A stretch of DNA of 64,000 nt from an uncultured bacterium (GCA_963695335.1 OY968764.1:992001-1056000); one strand, 5' to 3'; positions 30,070-40,213 are shown, counted from the first letter of the stretch. Notes: generated from the sequence alone by a model not told the origin. Made by a program: numbers and translations.

Positions 30070-31485
30070 ATGAAAAAACTATATATTTTATTCTTTATGA
30101 TGTTTATTTGTAACAATACACCAACTTTTAGCATGAAACGTCTTCCAGAAGAAACTATTGAACAAGGTCATGAAAAAAAGGTTAAAATTCAGCCAACTCT
30201 GATATATCCATTAAGCAATGGGCAATTCATTGAACTTAACAAAGACGCTGTTCTTTTGTGCGATCAGTTGATTAATTTATTAGATTACTCACAGGAAGAT
30301 TACAATCTATTATTCCCAGGAATAGATGTTAATCAGATTCCTTATAAACTTGATTTAACAGATGATGAAGTCATTCTTCTATTTAATATTCTTAATACAA
30401 TAACACAATCTGCTCGTTCTTTTACTGATCAAAAGTCACAAAAATGTTATTACCTTAACCAGGATGTTTTTGAGATAACCTTTAATATATGTAAAGAGAG
30501 GAATGCTCTCACTACTGACATTTTAATAAAAATGATAGGCGCCTGTGATTTTTTAATATGTAACACTCTACTTAATACTTTCACCAAAATATTTGTAGAT
30601 AAATCAAAAGAATTAACAGTAAATCATACGTATAATTTTGCAGATTTTCCCGAAAATAGCGCATCATTTTTTAGAAAACATCTTAAAAGAAAAACGCTTG
30701 GGATTAAACTGAATACATATATTCCTGAATGTAACATCATTGACTATATAATTCTTACTAATGGGCTTTTACCCATAATAAACAACCAAATTATTTTAAA
30801 TGGTCTGCCAATAGCAAAATTAACAAGCCTTGATGGCTTGGAAATGGTAGCACACAATATAAATGCATCATTCATAGTTGCGATACATTTAGGTGATAAT
30901 TATCTTACCTTAACTAGCAATTTTATTAGTTTGCAAAACTTTCCAAATGTGTCAGTACTTAATCTCAGCAATAATCAATTCATCCAACTACCGGAAAATA
31001 TTTTTAATAAACTTGATCAGTTACAGGCATTATATCTCAACCATAATCAATTAATTCAATTATCAAAGAATATCTTTAATAATCTTGTTCAACTAAACGA
31101 GTTAGGATTAGACAACAATTCATTAGTTGAATTACCAGAAAATATTTTTAATAGTCTTACTGCTCTAACAGATTTATATCTCAACAATAATCAATTAACT
31201 CAATTATCAAAGAATATCTTTAATAATCTTCACCAGCTGCAACTATTATATCTTGATCATAATAAATTGATAACACTACCAGAGAATATTTTTAATAACC
31301 TTCACCTGTTGCAATTATTACATCTTGATCACAACAAACTAACCACACTACCGGAGAATATCTTTAACAATCTTGCTCAACTGCAAGAATTATCTCTTGA
31401 TAATAATCCATTCGTTTCTTTGCCAGAAAAAATAGTACAGTTGTTATATTGGTTGAACCCAGAATTGAATCCAGAAGAAGATTAG
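30070..31485 (+). CDS. Secreted leucine-rich-repeat protein with Skp1/BTB-like N-terminal domain
   Basis: Start at 30070 after aagga; 24-aa LRRs LxLxxNxLxxLPENIFNxL; LIKMIGACDFLICNTLL resembles the Skp1/BTB AAxYL motif. Confidence 0.85.
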   Translation: MKKLYILFFMMFICNNTPTFSMKRLPEETIEQGHEKKVKIQPTLIYPLSNGQFIELNKDAVLLCDQLINLLDYSQEDYNLLFPGIDVNQIPYKLDLTDDEVILLFNILNTITQSARSFTDQKSQKCYYLNQDVFEITFNICKERNALTTDILIKMIGACDFLICNTLLNTFTKIFVDKSKELTVNHTYNFADFPENSASFFRKHLKRKTLGIKLNTYIPECNIIDYIILTNGLLPIINNQIILNGLPIAKLTSLDGLEMVAHNINASFIVAIHLGDNYLTLTSNFISLQNFPNVSVLNLSNNQFIQLPENIFNKLDQLQALYLNHNQLIQLSKNIFNNLVQLNELGLDNNSLVELPENIFNSLTALTDLYLNNNQLTQLSKNIFNNLHQLQLLYLDHNKLITLPENIFNNLHLLQLLHLDHNKLTTLPENIFNNLAQLQELSLDNNPFVSLPEKIVQLLYWLNPELNPEED

Positions 31486-31750
31486 CGAATAGTTTCTTAA
31501 TGATTCTTAAGACAGAATTAGTTTTAAAAAATTTTAATAAATGAGTCATATTTAGATTTTGTTATATTTTTTATTTAACGTAAAATTAAATGTGTTATGC
31601 GACGAATTAGTTTAAAAATTAAAAAAATTAAAATAATATTTTTATATAAAATTGAGTAATATTTGCAATACTATTGACTATTTGGATTCAAAATTGATAA
31701 GCTTAGCTATGATAGAGTATATTATTATCGAAAAAATAAGGGGCGTGTTT

Positions 31751-32059
31751 ATGAAAAACACAAAAATATCATTAATCAATGGTTTGATGCTGACCATAAC
31801 GCTATTTACAACAATACAAATATCCACAATGGCACCAGAAATAAATCCTTATCTTAACGATTATCAACGAGGTCTTCTTGAAAGCTATATGAAAGAGGAT
31901 AGAAAATTCATTGAAAACGAACTGAAATTAGAAAGAGAGAAGGAAGGATACAAACCATTTTGGATACCGAAAATGAAAAAACATCTAAAAGATGTTGAAT
32001 CATTGTATTTTGGTAATAGACCAGTAACAAGACAAGATTTAAATTTATTACAAAGATAA
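31751..32059 (+). CDS. Small secreted hypothetical protein, possibly continuing to 32298 through frameshifts
   Basis: aagggg RBS; signal ...IQIST/MAPE; related sequence downstream in broken frames. Confidence 0.6.
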   Translation: MKNTKISLINGLMLTITLFTTIQISTMAPEINPYLNDYQRGLLESYMKEDRKFIENELKLEREKEGYKPFWIPKMKKHLKDVESLYFGNRPVTRQDLNLLQR

Positions 32060-32326
32060 TAAGAATCAAAATAATTTTTCCCATTATGGGTATCGAGCCA
32101 AGCGCCTAAACCAAATAAGAATCTTACACCTAAACAACTCGAGATCATTGAAATATACGGAAGTCTGATCTTGAGTTTCTTGCAAAAGAAGGTCTACGAG
32201 GAAATACAAACTCTCCAGATGAATATGCAGAGATGGCAAAAGCGATGGATGACTCAGACATTACGCGTTTATATGAAAAGGCAATGCAAGCACAATAAAA
32301 CATAAAATGATAAAAAAACAAAGACA

Positions 32327-32357
32327 AAAAAAGCCTTATTAAATAAGGCTTTTTTTG
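32327..32357. terminator. Rho-independent terminator
   Basis: aaaaaagccttatt-a-aataaggcttttttt. Confidence 0.7.
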
Positions 32358-32627
32358 TTGCCTCTATGTCAACAAACTTAAATTTTTTAACATGGATACC
32401 AAAAAACCCATTGTTTTATATATTTTGTACAAAAAAACATGTGAAAATTGATCAATTTTAACGAATGATTTCGAAGCCTCTCAATACAATATTAAATTTG
32501 ATGTTATTTTCCAACCTAGGCCATCTTTGATCGCAAATCAACCAAATCCATAAAAAATATTTCTATCATATTTTTTTATTGGCAAAAAATGCACAAATCA
32601 TGGAAAAATCATATTATGCCATATTTT

Positions 32628-33455
32628 TTAATTTTGCTTCACACATTTTTCTATATATCGAGCATAGTTCGCCAAACTGAGACTATTACTTTCACCACAA
32701 AATGCATCCTCAAAAAGTTCATACAATTTCTCTTGCGAATAACTACTCAATATTTCAAATCTTTTAAGCACGTCAGCATATTGATCGGTAATTTTTAATA
32801 TTTCAAAAATAGTATCGATATCTTTTTGGATACGTACAGATTGTTTTGAGTATTTTATTTTTTCAGTAATCGTAGTTGCTTGATATTCTCGTAACACATA
32901 CAATTGTTTTAAAAAATCTCTTCTTTCCCATAATTCAAGCACAGTTCTCGATGTATCCAATTCAACTTTTTTAAGCAACCTTTGTACATGTTCAATGTTT
33001 AATACTGCATCATGTATACCGATTGCATACAAAATATGAAAAAAAGAAAGTAGTTCATCAATGGAGACTAATAATGCACTATTTTTTAATATCGCTGCAA
33101 ACTCATTTTCAGATAATCGCTGCCATGGCTCTATTGATGCATTAAGATCTGTTAAAAATAGTATAAAAGTTGGATTTTTTGTTAAACGAATATTAATAAG
33201 TTGCACAATATTATCAACAATTTCATCATTCATATGTAATTCTACATCTGATGCACGTAGTTGAAAAAGACGATCAATTGCTATACAAACATCTTCTAAA
33301 TGCAATCTATCATTCAATGCGCAACTATACATTGATTTTTCTAAGTGATCACAAATTGACAGCAATAACTTATTTGCTATATCTATGCGCACCCCTTGTA
33401 CTGGCACAACATAAGCAAGTATAATGATACATAATAAGTTAGTTATTTTTTTCAT
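32628..33455 (-). CDS. Secreted hypothetical helical protein
   Basis: Likely start MKKITNLLCIIILAYVVPVQG at 33455. Confidence 0.7.
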   Translation of the reverse strand: MKKITNLLCIIILAYVVPVQGVRIDIANKLLLSICDHLEKSMYSCALNDRLHLEDVCIAIDRLFQLRASDVELHMNDEIVDNIVQLINIRLTKNPTFILFLTDLNASIEPWQRLSENEFAAILKNSALLVSIDELLSFFHILYAIGIHDAVLNIEHVQRLLKKVELDTSRTVLELWERRDFLKQLYVLREYQATTITEKIKYSKQSVRIQKDIDTIFEILKITDQYADVLKRFEILSSYSQEKLYELFEDAFCGESNSLSLANYARYIEKCVKQN

Positions 33456-33489
33456 AACAAACTTTAAATTTTTGCTGACATATCCTTTT

Positions 33490-36489
33490 TTATTCCCGTG
33501 CCAATCGCTCTTGCGCATCATTCACGATTTCTTGTTGAAGCTGTTCTTTTATAATCTGTGTTGATGTTTTTGCACCCGCATCTACAAGAATTTTTCGTTG
33601 TTGTTCAAGCGATCCACCCCACCGGTTTTTTCCTGCTCTATCAAAAGCATCTAAAGGAGTTTCTTGTTTACCATTAAGAATGTTAACATCAGCACCATAT
33701 TGTATTAATAATTTAAGTATATTTTCCCTTAAAAAATTGATGCTAAATTCAAAAATTGGATACGTAAGCTTAGAATTATACAGATAAGCAACATTAGGGT
33801 TAGCTCCATGCTTTAATAAAAATTCTACCATTTTGACATTATTCTCACTTAAAGCAAGACCCAATGGGGTTATATCCTCATACCGCAAATATTTAAAAGG
33901 CGTATCTACAGAAACTCCACTCGAGATCAGCAATTCAATAAGTGCTGCATTATTCAAGCGTATTGCGCAATAAAGCGGCGTAGTAGAAGTTGTATCAATT
34001 GGTTTAATGGTAGCATTTCCAGTAATATCAGCCCCATCAGCAATACATTTTTTTGCTATAAAAATAAGATCAATATTTTTGCGAATCTGTTGATAATATT
34101 CTAACAGCTTTCTCTTCGCCTCATGCTCTTGACTATAACGATCCCGTGCGGCTCTTGAGTCAGCAAAATAGCCCGATGGAGCTCTTGGCCAATCTATACG
34201 GGGTGTAGGCTCAGTTAAAATCATATATAAAAGATCAGCAAAAAACTTTTTTTTGTATGAGACATCGGTAATGCACTCATACAATGTTAATACAAAATTA
34301 GTATTGAACAGAGGAATATTTATAGTCATTTTCAATATATCTTGAATAAATTGTTGTTTTAATAGATCATCAGAAAATTGTGTATATAACTCCTTAATAA
34401 AATCAGTTAATTGTTCATACAATTTTATTCTGAAGCTATCATTTCTAAGGTTTCTAAATACAGTTTTTGCCAATACCACATTAATCAATGTTTGTTTTGA
34501 TACATTATCAGGCAACTCTCGATATAAGTCTTTGATAAAATCAACAGTTTTTTCATCAGACAATTCCGTTAATGCTATATCTAAAGCAGTGCTCCAATAA
34601 CGCACCACCAAATTTTTCAATCTTGTATCTGTACGCCATAAACCTAATATTATTCCACCATTTATCATAGCTGTTGCAACCGGGCCACCTTGCCAATTAA
34701 GTGGCATTTGTTGATATAAACTCAATGCATAATCCAATGCTTCTTGATTGATATTGTTCATACTCATAATTTTCTTAATGACATCAAATCTTTGAGAATC
34801 AGTTTCTGTCGGGAATGCATAAAACAACGATATTGACGGTTGATATTGTGGATAAGTAGAAAAGAGCGCAGATAAATTTGGCTGAATTCTAAATAATGCT
34901 TGCGCCTCTGCATTTATTCTATAATTGTGTGCCAATTCTTCAGGTGTAAATAATGACTTTTGTTGAGCCCCTTGCTTATCTCTCTGTGGAACCTCAAGCC
35001 AACCGTGACCAGGATGAAAACAAAAATCTGCCTGTAATCGTTGACCTGTTTTCCTATTATTTATATTCATAGTAATTTTTGAAAAGGAATTATTACCCGT
35101 TACTATTACTATTGGTCCTGTAAATGTTATTGTTCTTCGTTCATCAGAAAGCATTGTGCCTAATTCACCCAGATTGTGGGCCTTAATTCCAAAAAAATGA
35201 TTTGCTAATGTTACAAAATTTTTTACACTCATGGCAGCATTCAATTCATAATCACCTCTGACATACCCTACTCCTTCAACACCTGAAACCAGATTCATAA
35301 AAGCTTGCCCACATTCTCGTGTATTAATTTTACTTGCGCTACTATACGTAGTATAAAATTGTTTAAAATCATTATTCAGCGAAAAATTTGATGGTAAGAA
35401 TGTCAGATCAAATGATTGTGACGATGGATTGTACAACATAATATTAAGCAAATCTTGGAGTGCCGTTTCAACACAATTTGGAGCAGGACTTTTATCTTTA
35501 TATCCATATGATGATTGAATAACTTTAGGAGCATATAATGATGTACTTCTTTTCTCATTCAACATGGCACTGACAACTAACTCAAAGTGTGTTGTTGCAG
35601 CTTTCTGCAACACTTCTTTTCGAGGAGTAACTTCCCATGCATGGCGCACAACATCATAATCTTTTTGCGTATACGTAGCACTTTCGCGAATAATATATTT
35701 CTTAACAAAAGATTTTAACCTATCAAAAAAAGTCGGCTCTGTTTTTTCTAAACCTTTTTTTTGCTCAGTATAATGCTGCACTGCCTGAGCCACTGGCTCA
35801 TGAGTTTCTACAAACACTTGCATGAATTCACTAAGCCCCGCAAGATAATGTATCATATCGTGATCATTATCAGGAATTGCCTTTGCATACAAAAAACCGA
35901 GTAAAATTCTACGACAACTATCTTTATCATTTTTATATTCATTTTCGATAAGCGTTAACAATTTTTCTATTTTTCCTCTTGGAAAAGGCCTTTTTTCATC
36001 CGTAATTCTTCTGTATTCATCAAGCCACTGATTAATGATATAATCACGCACTTTTTGTTCTTGTAATCTACCCGACTCTAAAGCGCCTATCACAAGACCT
36101 ATTATTTCTGGCGACAATGAATATGCAGCTTTTGATTTGCTTGCCGTTGGCCTGAATTGCGGTCCCTGCTTATAAAAAAGTTCTTGTACAAGTTGTGGCC
36201 CAAAAGCCTCTGATTCCGTTTCATATCTTTTTTGAATTGCACCTGTCTCTAATTCTATCGCCCCAATTACCGGAGAAACCTCCTGTGCTTTTGACGTAAG
36301 CCCTTCATATAATCCTTTAATCTTTTCAGGAGCATAAATTGTACGTTTTTGCTGAATCCCAGTTTTCACTGGTGTTGTTGTAGTAGTAAATACCGGTCTC
36401 TTAGAAGTTTGTTTTAATCGCATTCCCTGTAATGATACAGGTATAATAAACAGACTGAAAAGAATCAACAAAACATTAGTTTTCTTCAC
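33490..36489 (-). CDS. 999-aa secreted ankyrin-repeat protein
   Basis: GTG start after agggggtt RBS; signal peptide; C-terminal TPLYCAI, TPLGLAL, LLKHGANPN, YGADVN..ETPLD ankyrin repeats. Confidence 0.85.
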   Translation of the reverse strand: MKKTNVLLILFSLFIIPVSLQGMRLKQTSKRPVFTTTTTPVKTGIQQKRTIYAPEKIKGLYEGLTSKAQEVSPVIGAIELETGAIQKRYETESEAFGPQLVQELFYKQGPQFRPTASKSKAAYSLSPEIIGLVIGALESGRLQEQKVRDYIINQWLDEYRRITDEKRPFPRGKIEKLLTLIENEYKNDKDSCRRILLGFLYAKAIPDNDHDMIHYLAGLSEFMQVFVETHEPVAQAVQHYTEQKKGLEKTEPTFFDRLKSFVKKYIIRESATYTQKDYDVVRHAWEVTPRKEVLQKAATTHFELVVSAMLNEKRSTSLYAPKVIQSSYGYKDKSPAPNCVETALQDLLNIMLYNPSSQSFDLTFLPSNFSLNNDFKQFYTTYSSASKINTRECGQAFMNLVSGVEGVGYVRGDYELNAAMSVKNFVTLANHFFGIKAHNLGELGTMLSDERRTITFTGPIVIVTGNNSFSKITMNINNRKTGQRLQADFCFHPGHGWLEVPQRDKQGAQQKSLFTPEELAHNYRINAEAQALFRIQPNLSALFSTYPQYQPSISLFYAFPTETDSQRFDVIKKIMSMNNINQEALDYALSLYQQMPLNWQGGPVATAMINGGIILGLWRTDTRLKNLVVRYWSTALDIALTELSDEKTVDFIKDLYRELPDNVSKQTLINVVLAKTVFRNLRNDSFRIKLYEQLTDFIKELYTQFSDDLLKQQFIQDILKMTINIPLFNTNFVLTLYECITDVSYKKKFFADLLYMILTEPTPRIDWPRAPSGYFADSRAARDRYSQEHEAKRKLLEYYQQIRKNIDLIFIAKKCIADGADITGNATIKPIDTTSTTPLYCAIRLNNAALIELLISSGVSVDTPFKYLRYEDITPLGLALSENNVKMVEFLLKHGANPNVAYLYNSKLTYPIFEFSINFLRENILKLLIQYGADVNILNGKQETPLDAFDRAGKNRWGGSLEQQRKILVDAGAKTSTQIIKEQLQQEIVNDAQERLARE

Positions 36490-36624
36490 GCCAACCCCCT
36501 ATTTATTTCACAACCAAACGCATCATCATTTTCAATTATAAAATAAACAAGTCGAAAAAAACAACAAAAAAAAGCCCCCCTTTATGCTTTGCACATAAGA
36601 AGGGCCTATGTATGTAACAATAAT

Positions 36625-37659
36625 TTATTCTCTATGGCTCTCATATTCATAAGCATATGAACGGTTCAAATCAACAATCATATCTGCCCGTTTTTTTGCT
36701 TCCATTGGAGTCATCGTCTTTTTTGCTACCAAATTTTTTGTCACATCAGGATGATTCTCTAATAAAAATTTATTACGAGCTATTTTTACTTGAGCATCTG
36801 ATGCACTTTCTGGCAAACCAAGTATTTTTTTTGTTTGAGATCCTTTTATTGAAGATGTAGAAGACGATTGCTGCTGTCCAGACTTTTGATACTGTTGTTG
36901 TTTCCATTGTTGATACTGCTGCTGTCTAGACTGTTGATATTGCTGTTGATACTGTTGTTGCTTCCATTGCTCTTGTTGTTGCTGTTGCTGTTGCTCTTGT
37001 TGATACCACTGTTTTTTTTCCCGATCCTTTTTGAAGCGTTCTATACGTTCGTTAAGAGAAAAAAGAAAAGGATATTCCTGCATTATTGTATTGTAATCTA
37101 TATTTCCACGCATACTATCTATCTTATGAATATAATTAATAAGCGCATCAAGAAATCTACTTCTTTCAGTGTCTTTGTTTTCTTCAAGCCATATAAAACA
37201 TCTATTCAAAAGCGCCATAGCGTATATATAAATATCAGTTTTATATCCTAAAAGGGATTGTAAATTAAAAGATCTCATTTCACTGATCAATTTCTCCAAA
37301 GCTTTATCTTTTTCTTGTTTTTCATAATATTTACTACATATTATTTTTTCCCAGCCATCTAAAAGATTTCTAAAAGGCAAAAGTGTCGAATCTTTTCGAT
37401 TATAATCATAATAAGCTTGAGTAAATGGAATAAGTGCAGTCAAAGATCGCGCACTAGGTGAAACATACTTCCTCCAACTAACATCCCCAGACTTTTCAAA
37501 TGCTACTCTTATTCTCACACCAGTCAGGCTCCGCTGAAATGAGGGCATCGTCCAAGCTCTTTTAGGTACATTTCTGGCTTTAGTCAACATACCATGCAAC
37601 GGAAATAAACTACTCAATACCATCAAAAAAGTTAATAAGCGTCTATTTAAAGTTGTCAT
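36625..37659 (-). CDS. Secreted protein with polyglutamine tract and C-terminal J-domain
   Basis: KILGLPESASDAQVKIARNKFLLENHPD...DLNRSY J-domain with HPD; Q-rich linker. Confidence 0.8.
   Translation of the reverse strand: MTTLNRRLLTFLMVLSSLFPLHGMLTKARNVPKRAWTMPSFQRSLTGVRIRVAFEKSGDVSWRKYVSPSARSLTALIPFTQAYYDYNRKDSTLLPFRNLLDGWEKIICSKYYEKQEKDKALEKLISEMRSFNLQSLLGYKTDIYIYAMALLNRCFIWLEENKDTERSRFLDALINYIHKIDSMRGNIDYNTIMQEYPFLFSLNERIERFKKDREKKQWYQQEQQQQQQQEQWKQQQYQQQYQQSRQQQYQQWKQQQYQKSGQQQSSSTSSIKGSQTKKILGLPESASDAQVKIARNKFLLENHPDVTKNLVAKKTMTPMEAKKRADMIVDLNRSYAYEYESHRE
36868..37010 (-). repeat. CAA/CAG-rich polyglutamine-coding tract
   Basis: Encodes YQQEQQQQQQQEQWKQQQYQQQYQQSRQQQYQQWKQQQYQKSGQQQ. 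Confidence 0.9.
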
Positions 37660-38438
37660 AACTGTCCTCCTCCTCTTTTTTGCACATATTGCTCATATAC
37701 TTTACTAACTTTTTCCACCTCAGATAATTTAGCTTTCAATTTCTGTGTAGATATATTTTTCATTGTTGCGTGAGCAATGAGTTGATTCAAATAATCCTGA
37801 TGGTTTTGCATATACCTTTTATAATGCTCATCCACCACATAAGCAGGCGCATCAACAGGTAAGCTAAAAGCAGTTTGCAAGATTATCGGCAATCCACTCA
37901 CTTGATGACTTGTAACATATTGCTGATGTTCTTTTTTCAACCACGTAATAGTTTTATCAATTACTACGTCTTTACTATCTAAAAAAAAATTATGCATAAA
38001 GTTTTCTTTATCCTCAAGCTCCATTACTTGTAACTCTTCAAAAGGCATTTTCACAAGATGCTGTGTTTCTTGCCTATATTTTTTAATCTCAGAAAACATA
38101 TATATTAATTGATTATATGCTTTAGTAATAACATTTAATAACCCGTTACGATCTGCTAATTTTTCTTTCATCAATTCATAATGATATCTAATATCCAATG
38201 GAGTACTATTATAACCAAGGCCTAATACCTTTAAACATTTTTCAAACAACACTGGCTCAGTAACTATTTTGTACTCAACACCAGTATCCTGGGTCAAATC
38301 TCTTGCTTCATTCTGAATATCAAAAATGAATGATTTGAGAAACGGATATTCTCCCACGAATGGCTCCATAGCATAAACTGTTGCCAAGCTAGCCATTGCA
38401 ACCAAGCTTACTGAGAAAAAAAATCTTAACTTTTTCAT
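37656..38438 (-). CDS. Secreted protein with degenerate J-domain-like segments
   Basis: Signal ...TVYA/MEPF; KVLGLGYNSTPLDIRYHY and FSLPVDAPAYVVDEHYKRYMQNHQD. Confidence 0.7.
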   Translation of the reverse strand: MKKLRFFFSVSLVAMASLATVYAMEPFVGEYPFLKSFIFDIQNEARDLTQDTGVEYKIVTEPVLFEKCLKVLGLGYNSTPLDIRYHYELMKEKLADRNGLLNVITKAYNQLIYMFSEIKKYRQETQHLVKMPFEELQVMELEDKENFMHNFFLDSKDVVIDKTITWLKKEHQQYVTSHQVSGLPIILQTAFSLPVDAPAYVVDEHYKRYMQNHQDYLNQLIAHATMKNISTQKLKAKLSEVEKVSKVYEQYVQKRGGGQL

Positions 38439-38617
38439 AAAAAACCCCCTTTTTTAAGCTTTTCCATCACAACTAACACAATCTATCATTTTCTATTATA
38501 AAATAATCAAAGCAAGAAAAACAACAAAACCATTACTATAGACCTTTTTTATTGACCAAACTTATTTATATCTGTAAAATACAAATATGATGCCATATCA
38601 AATCTTAATGGAAAACA

Positions 38618-38962
38618 ATGCAAAAATTACAACTCAATCGCATAACTTTTTTATTCATATTTTTACTAGCACATCACGCTGCAATACATACTATGCAAAA
38701 TAATAAACGGCAGAACAGAACAAAAAATCTCCCTCAGCCGAAAAAAAACCATACCGGAGGAAAAATTACAAACGAACTCAGAAGTCAAAACCTCACAGAT
38801 CGTTTAATGCATCGTTTTCTTACAGAATTACCAAAAGCACCAATAGACAAGATTAAACCTGCACCAGAGACATCTGCACCTGCATCTGATACAAACGCCC
38901 TATTATATAACTACAATTATCCTATGCATCATGATTTCGATTTAGAATGGATTGAAAAATAA
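38618..38962 (+). CDS. Small secreted hypothetical protein
   Basis: Signal ...AAIHT/MQNNKR; terminator follows at about 38963-38987. Confidence 0.65.
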   Translation: MQKLQLNRITFLFIFLLAHHAAIHTMQNNKRQNRTKNLPQPKKNHTGGKITNELRSQNLTDRLMHRFLTELPKAPIDKIKPAPETSAPASDTNALLYNYNYPMHHDFDLEWIEK

Positions 38963-39014
38963 AAAAAGGCTCTCAAGGAGAGCCTTTAGATCGATGTATC
39001 CAAACTTGCACACT

Positions 39015-39194
39015 TTAACTTATCGGCGGCTTTTTTCCGCCAAAAACGCGTGCAATCAATGATAAAACAAACAAAATAAGAAAAATAAAAAATAGAACTC
39101 GCGCTATTTCAACAGAGATGATCTCTACCCCGGAAAAACCAAGTCCTCCAGCTACAATAGCTAAAAGAAGAAATACAATCACCATATCCAACAT
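39015..39194 (-). CDS. DUF1328/UPF0391 small membrane protein
   Basis: MLDMVIVFLLLAIVAGGLGFSG...IARVLFFIFLILFVLSL; aaggag RBS. Confidence 0.85.
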   Translation of the reverse strand: MLDMVIVFLLLAIVAGGLGFSGVEIISVEIARVLFFIFLILFVLSLIARVFGGKKPPIS

Positions 39195-39286
39195 AATAAC
39201 TCCTTTATGTGATAACAACGATTTATCTTTCTTGCAAAATAGCAAAAATAAAAATGATTTATATAGAATTACATTCACAATTTTTA

Positions 39287-40213
39287 TTACACATCTAACA
39301 AATTACTCATCTTACGCTCAGGAGATGCTTCCAGACGCTTCAACCGTTCAATATCACCCAAATATAGTTGCGTTGTTGTTGGTGCAGTATGACGCATTGC
39401 AAGTTGTACTTCATACAACGATGCTCCTGCCTGCATAGAAAGTACACCAAAGGTATGCCGTAAACTATGCGCGGTAATACGCTTACTATCAAGTCCTGCA
39501 GCACGTAACCGACGTTTAATAATTCGAGACAAAGAAAAAATTGTTAATTTTTTTCCATAATTCCGATCACTTAATGAAATAAAAATGGGATCTTTTTCAC
39601 TTCTAATAACACGCGCTTGCAAATAATCATGCAGTGAAACCAATGCCTGAGGCGTTAATAATACAAATTCATCTTTACTTGCACGTCCTTTACCATGAAT
39701 CCACAAAAGCATTTCTCCCCGTTGCTCATACATATCTTCTAATATTGCTGATGCAATCTCTTTAAGCCGCAAACCTGTGCGTACTAAAATATTAATTAAT
39801 GCAAAATCACGTTTGCCTTGCAATGATGAACAATCTATTGAAGCAAATAATTTCTTAAGTGCATCAATCGATAGTGATTCTTTCTGGTGACTTTTTGCAA
39901 ACTTTTTTATTCCTTTAACACCACGAGAAACATTTGGATACAGTTGAGAATCTTCTGTCCACAAAAAAAAGCGCCGTACAACAACTATGTACATCGCTTT
40001 TGTATACGAACTTAACCCTTTTGTATCAAGCCAAAATTTATATGATAAAATTGTTTCCCGTTTTGGTTCTGTTACTTTTTTTTCTGTACACCAACGTACA
40101 AATTGCGTCATTGCATTAAGATATGTAGTACGCGAATTGAGTGAAATATCTTGTGCAGCTATAAAAGGATGAATAAACTCATCCATATTAAATTGATGAT
40201 TTTTAATATCCAT
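39287..40213 (-). CDS. Tyrosine recombinase/integrase (XerC/D-like)
   Basis: RTGLRLKE, GKGRASK, HSLRHT, MRH..PTTTQLY; catalytic residue set looks intact. Confidence 0.92.
   Translation of the reverse strand: MDIKNHQFNMDEFIHPFIAAQDISLNSRTTYLNAMTQFVRWCTEKKVTEPKRETILSYKFWLDTKGLSSYTKAMYIVVVRRFFLWTEDSQLYPNVSRGVKGIKKFAKSHQKESLSIDALKKLFASIDCSSLQGKRDFALINILVRTGLRLKEIASAILEDMYEQRGEMLLWIHGKGRASKDEFVLLTPQALVSLHDYLQARVIRSEKDPIFISLSDRNYGKKLTIFSLSRIIKRRLRAAGLDSKRITAHSLRHTFGVLSMQAGASLYEVQLAMRHTAPTTTQLYLGDIERLKRLEASPERKMSNLLDV

Noticed and set aside
36591..36607. gcacataagaagggcct resembling 24582-24599
   Set aside because: Short match within terminator arms; may be chance.
39287..40213. Integron integrase with cassette array or dif-associated Xer site
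   Set aside because: No attC-like repeats, IntI-specific insertion or dif-like 28-mer recognised by eye; no att pair found around the effector region.
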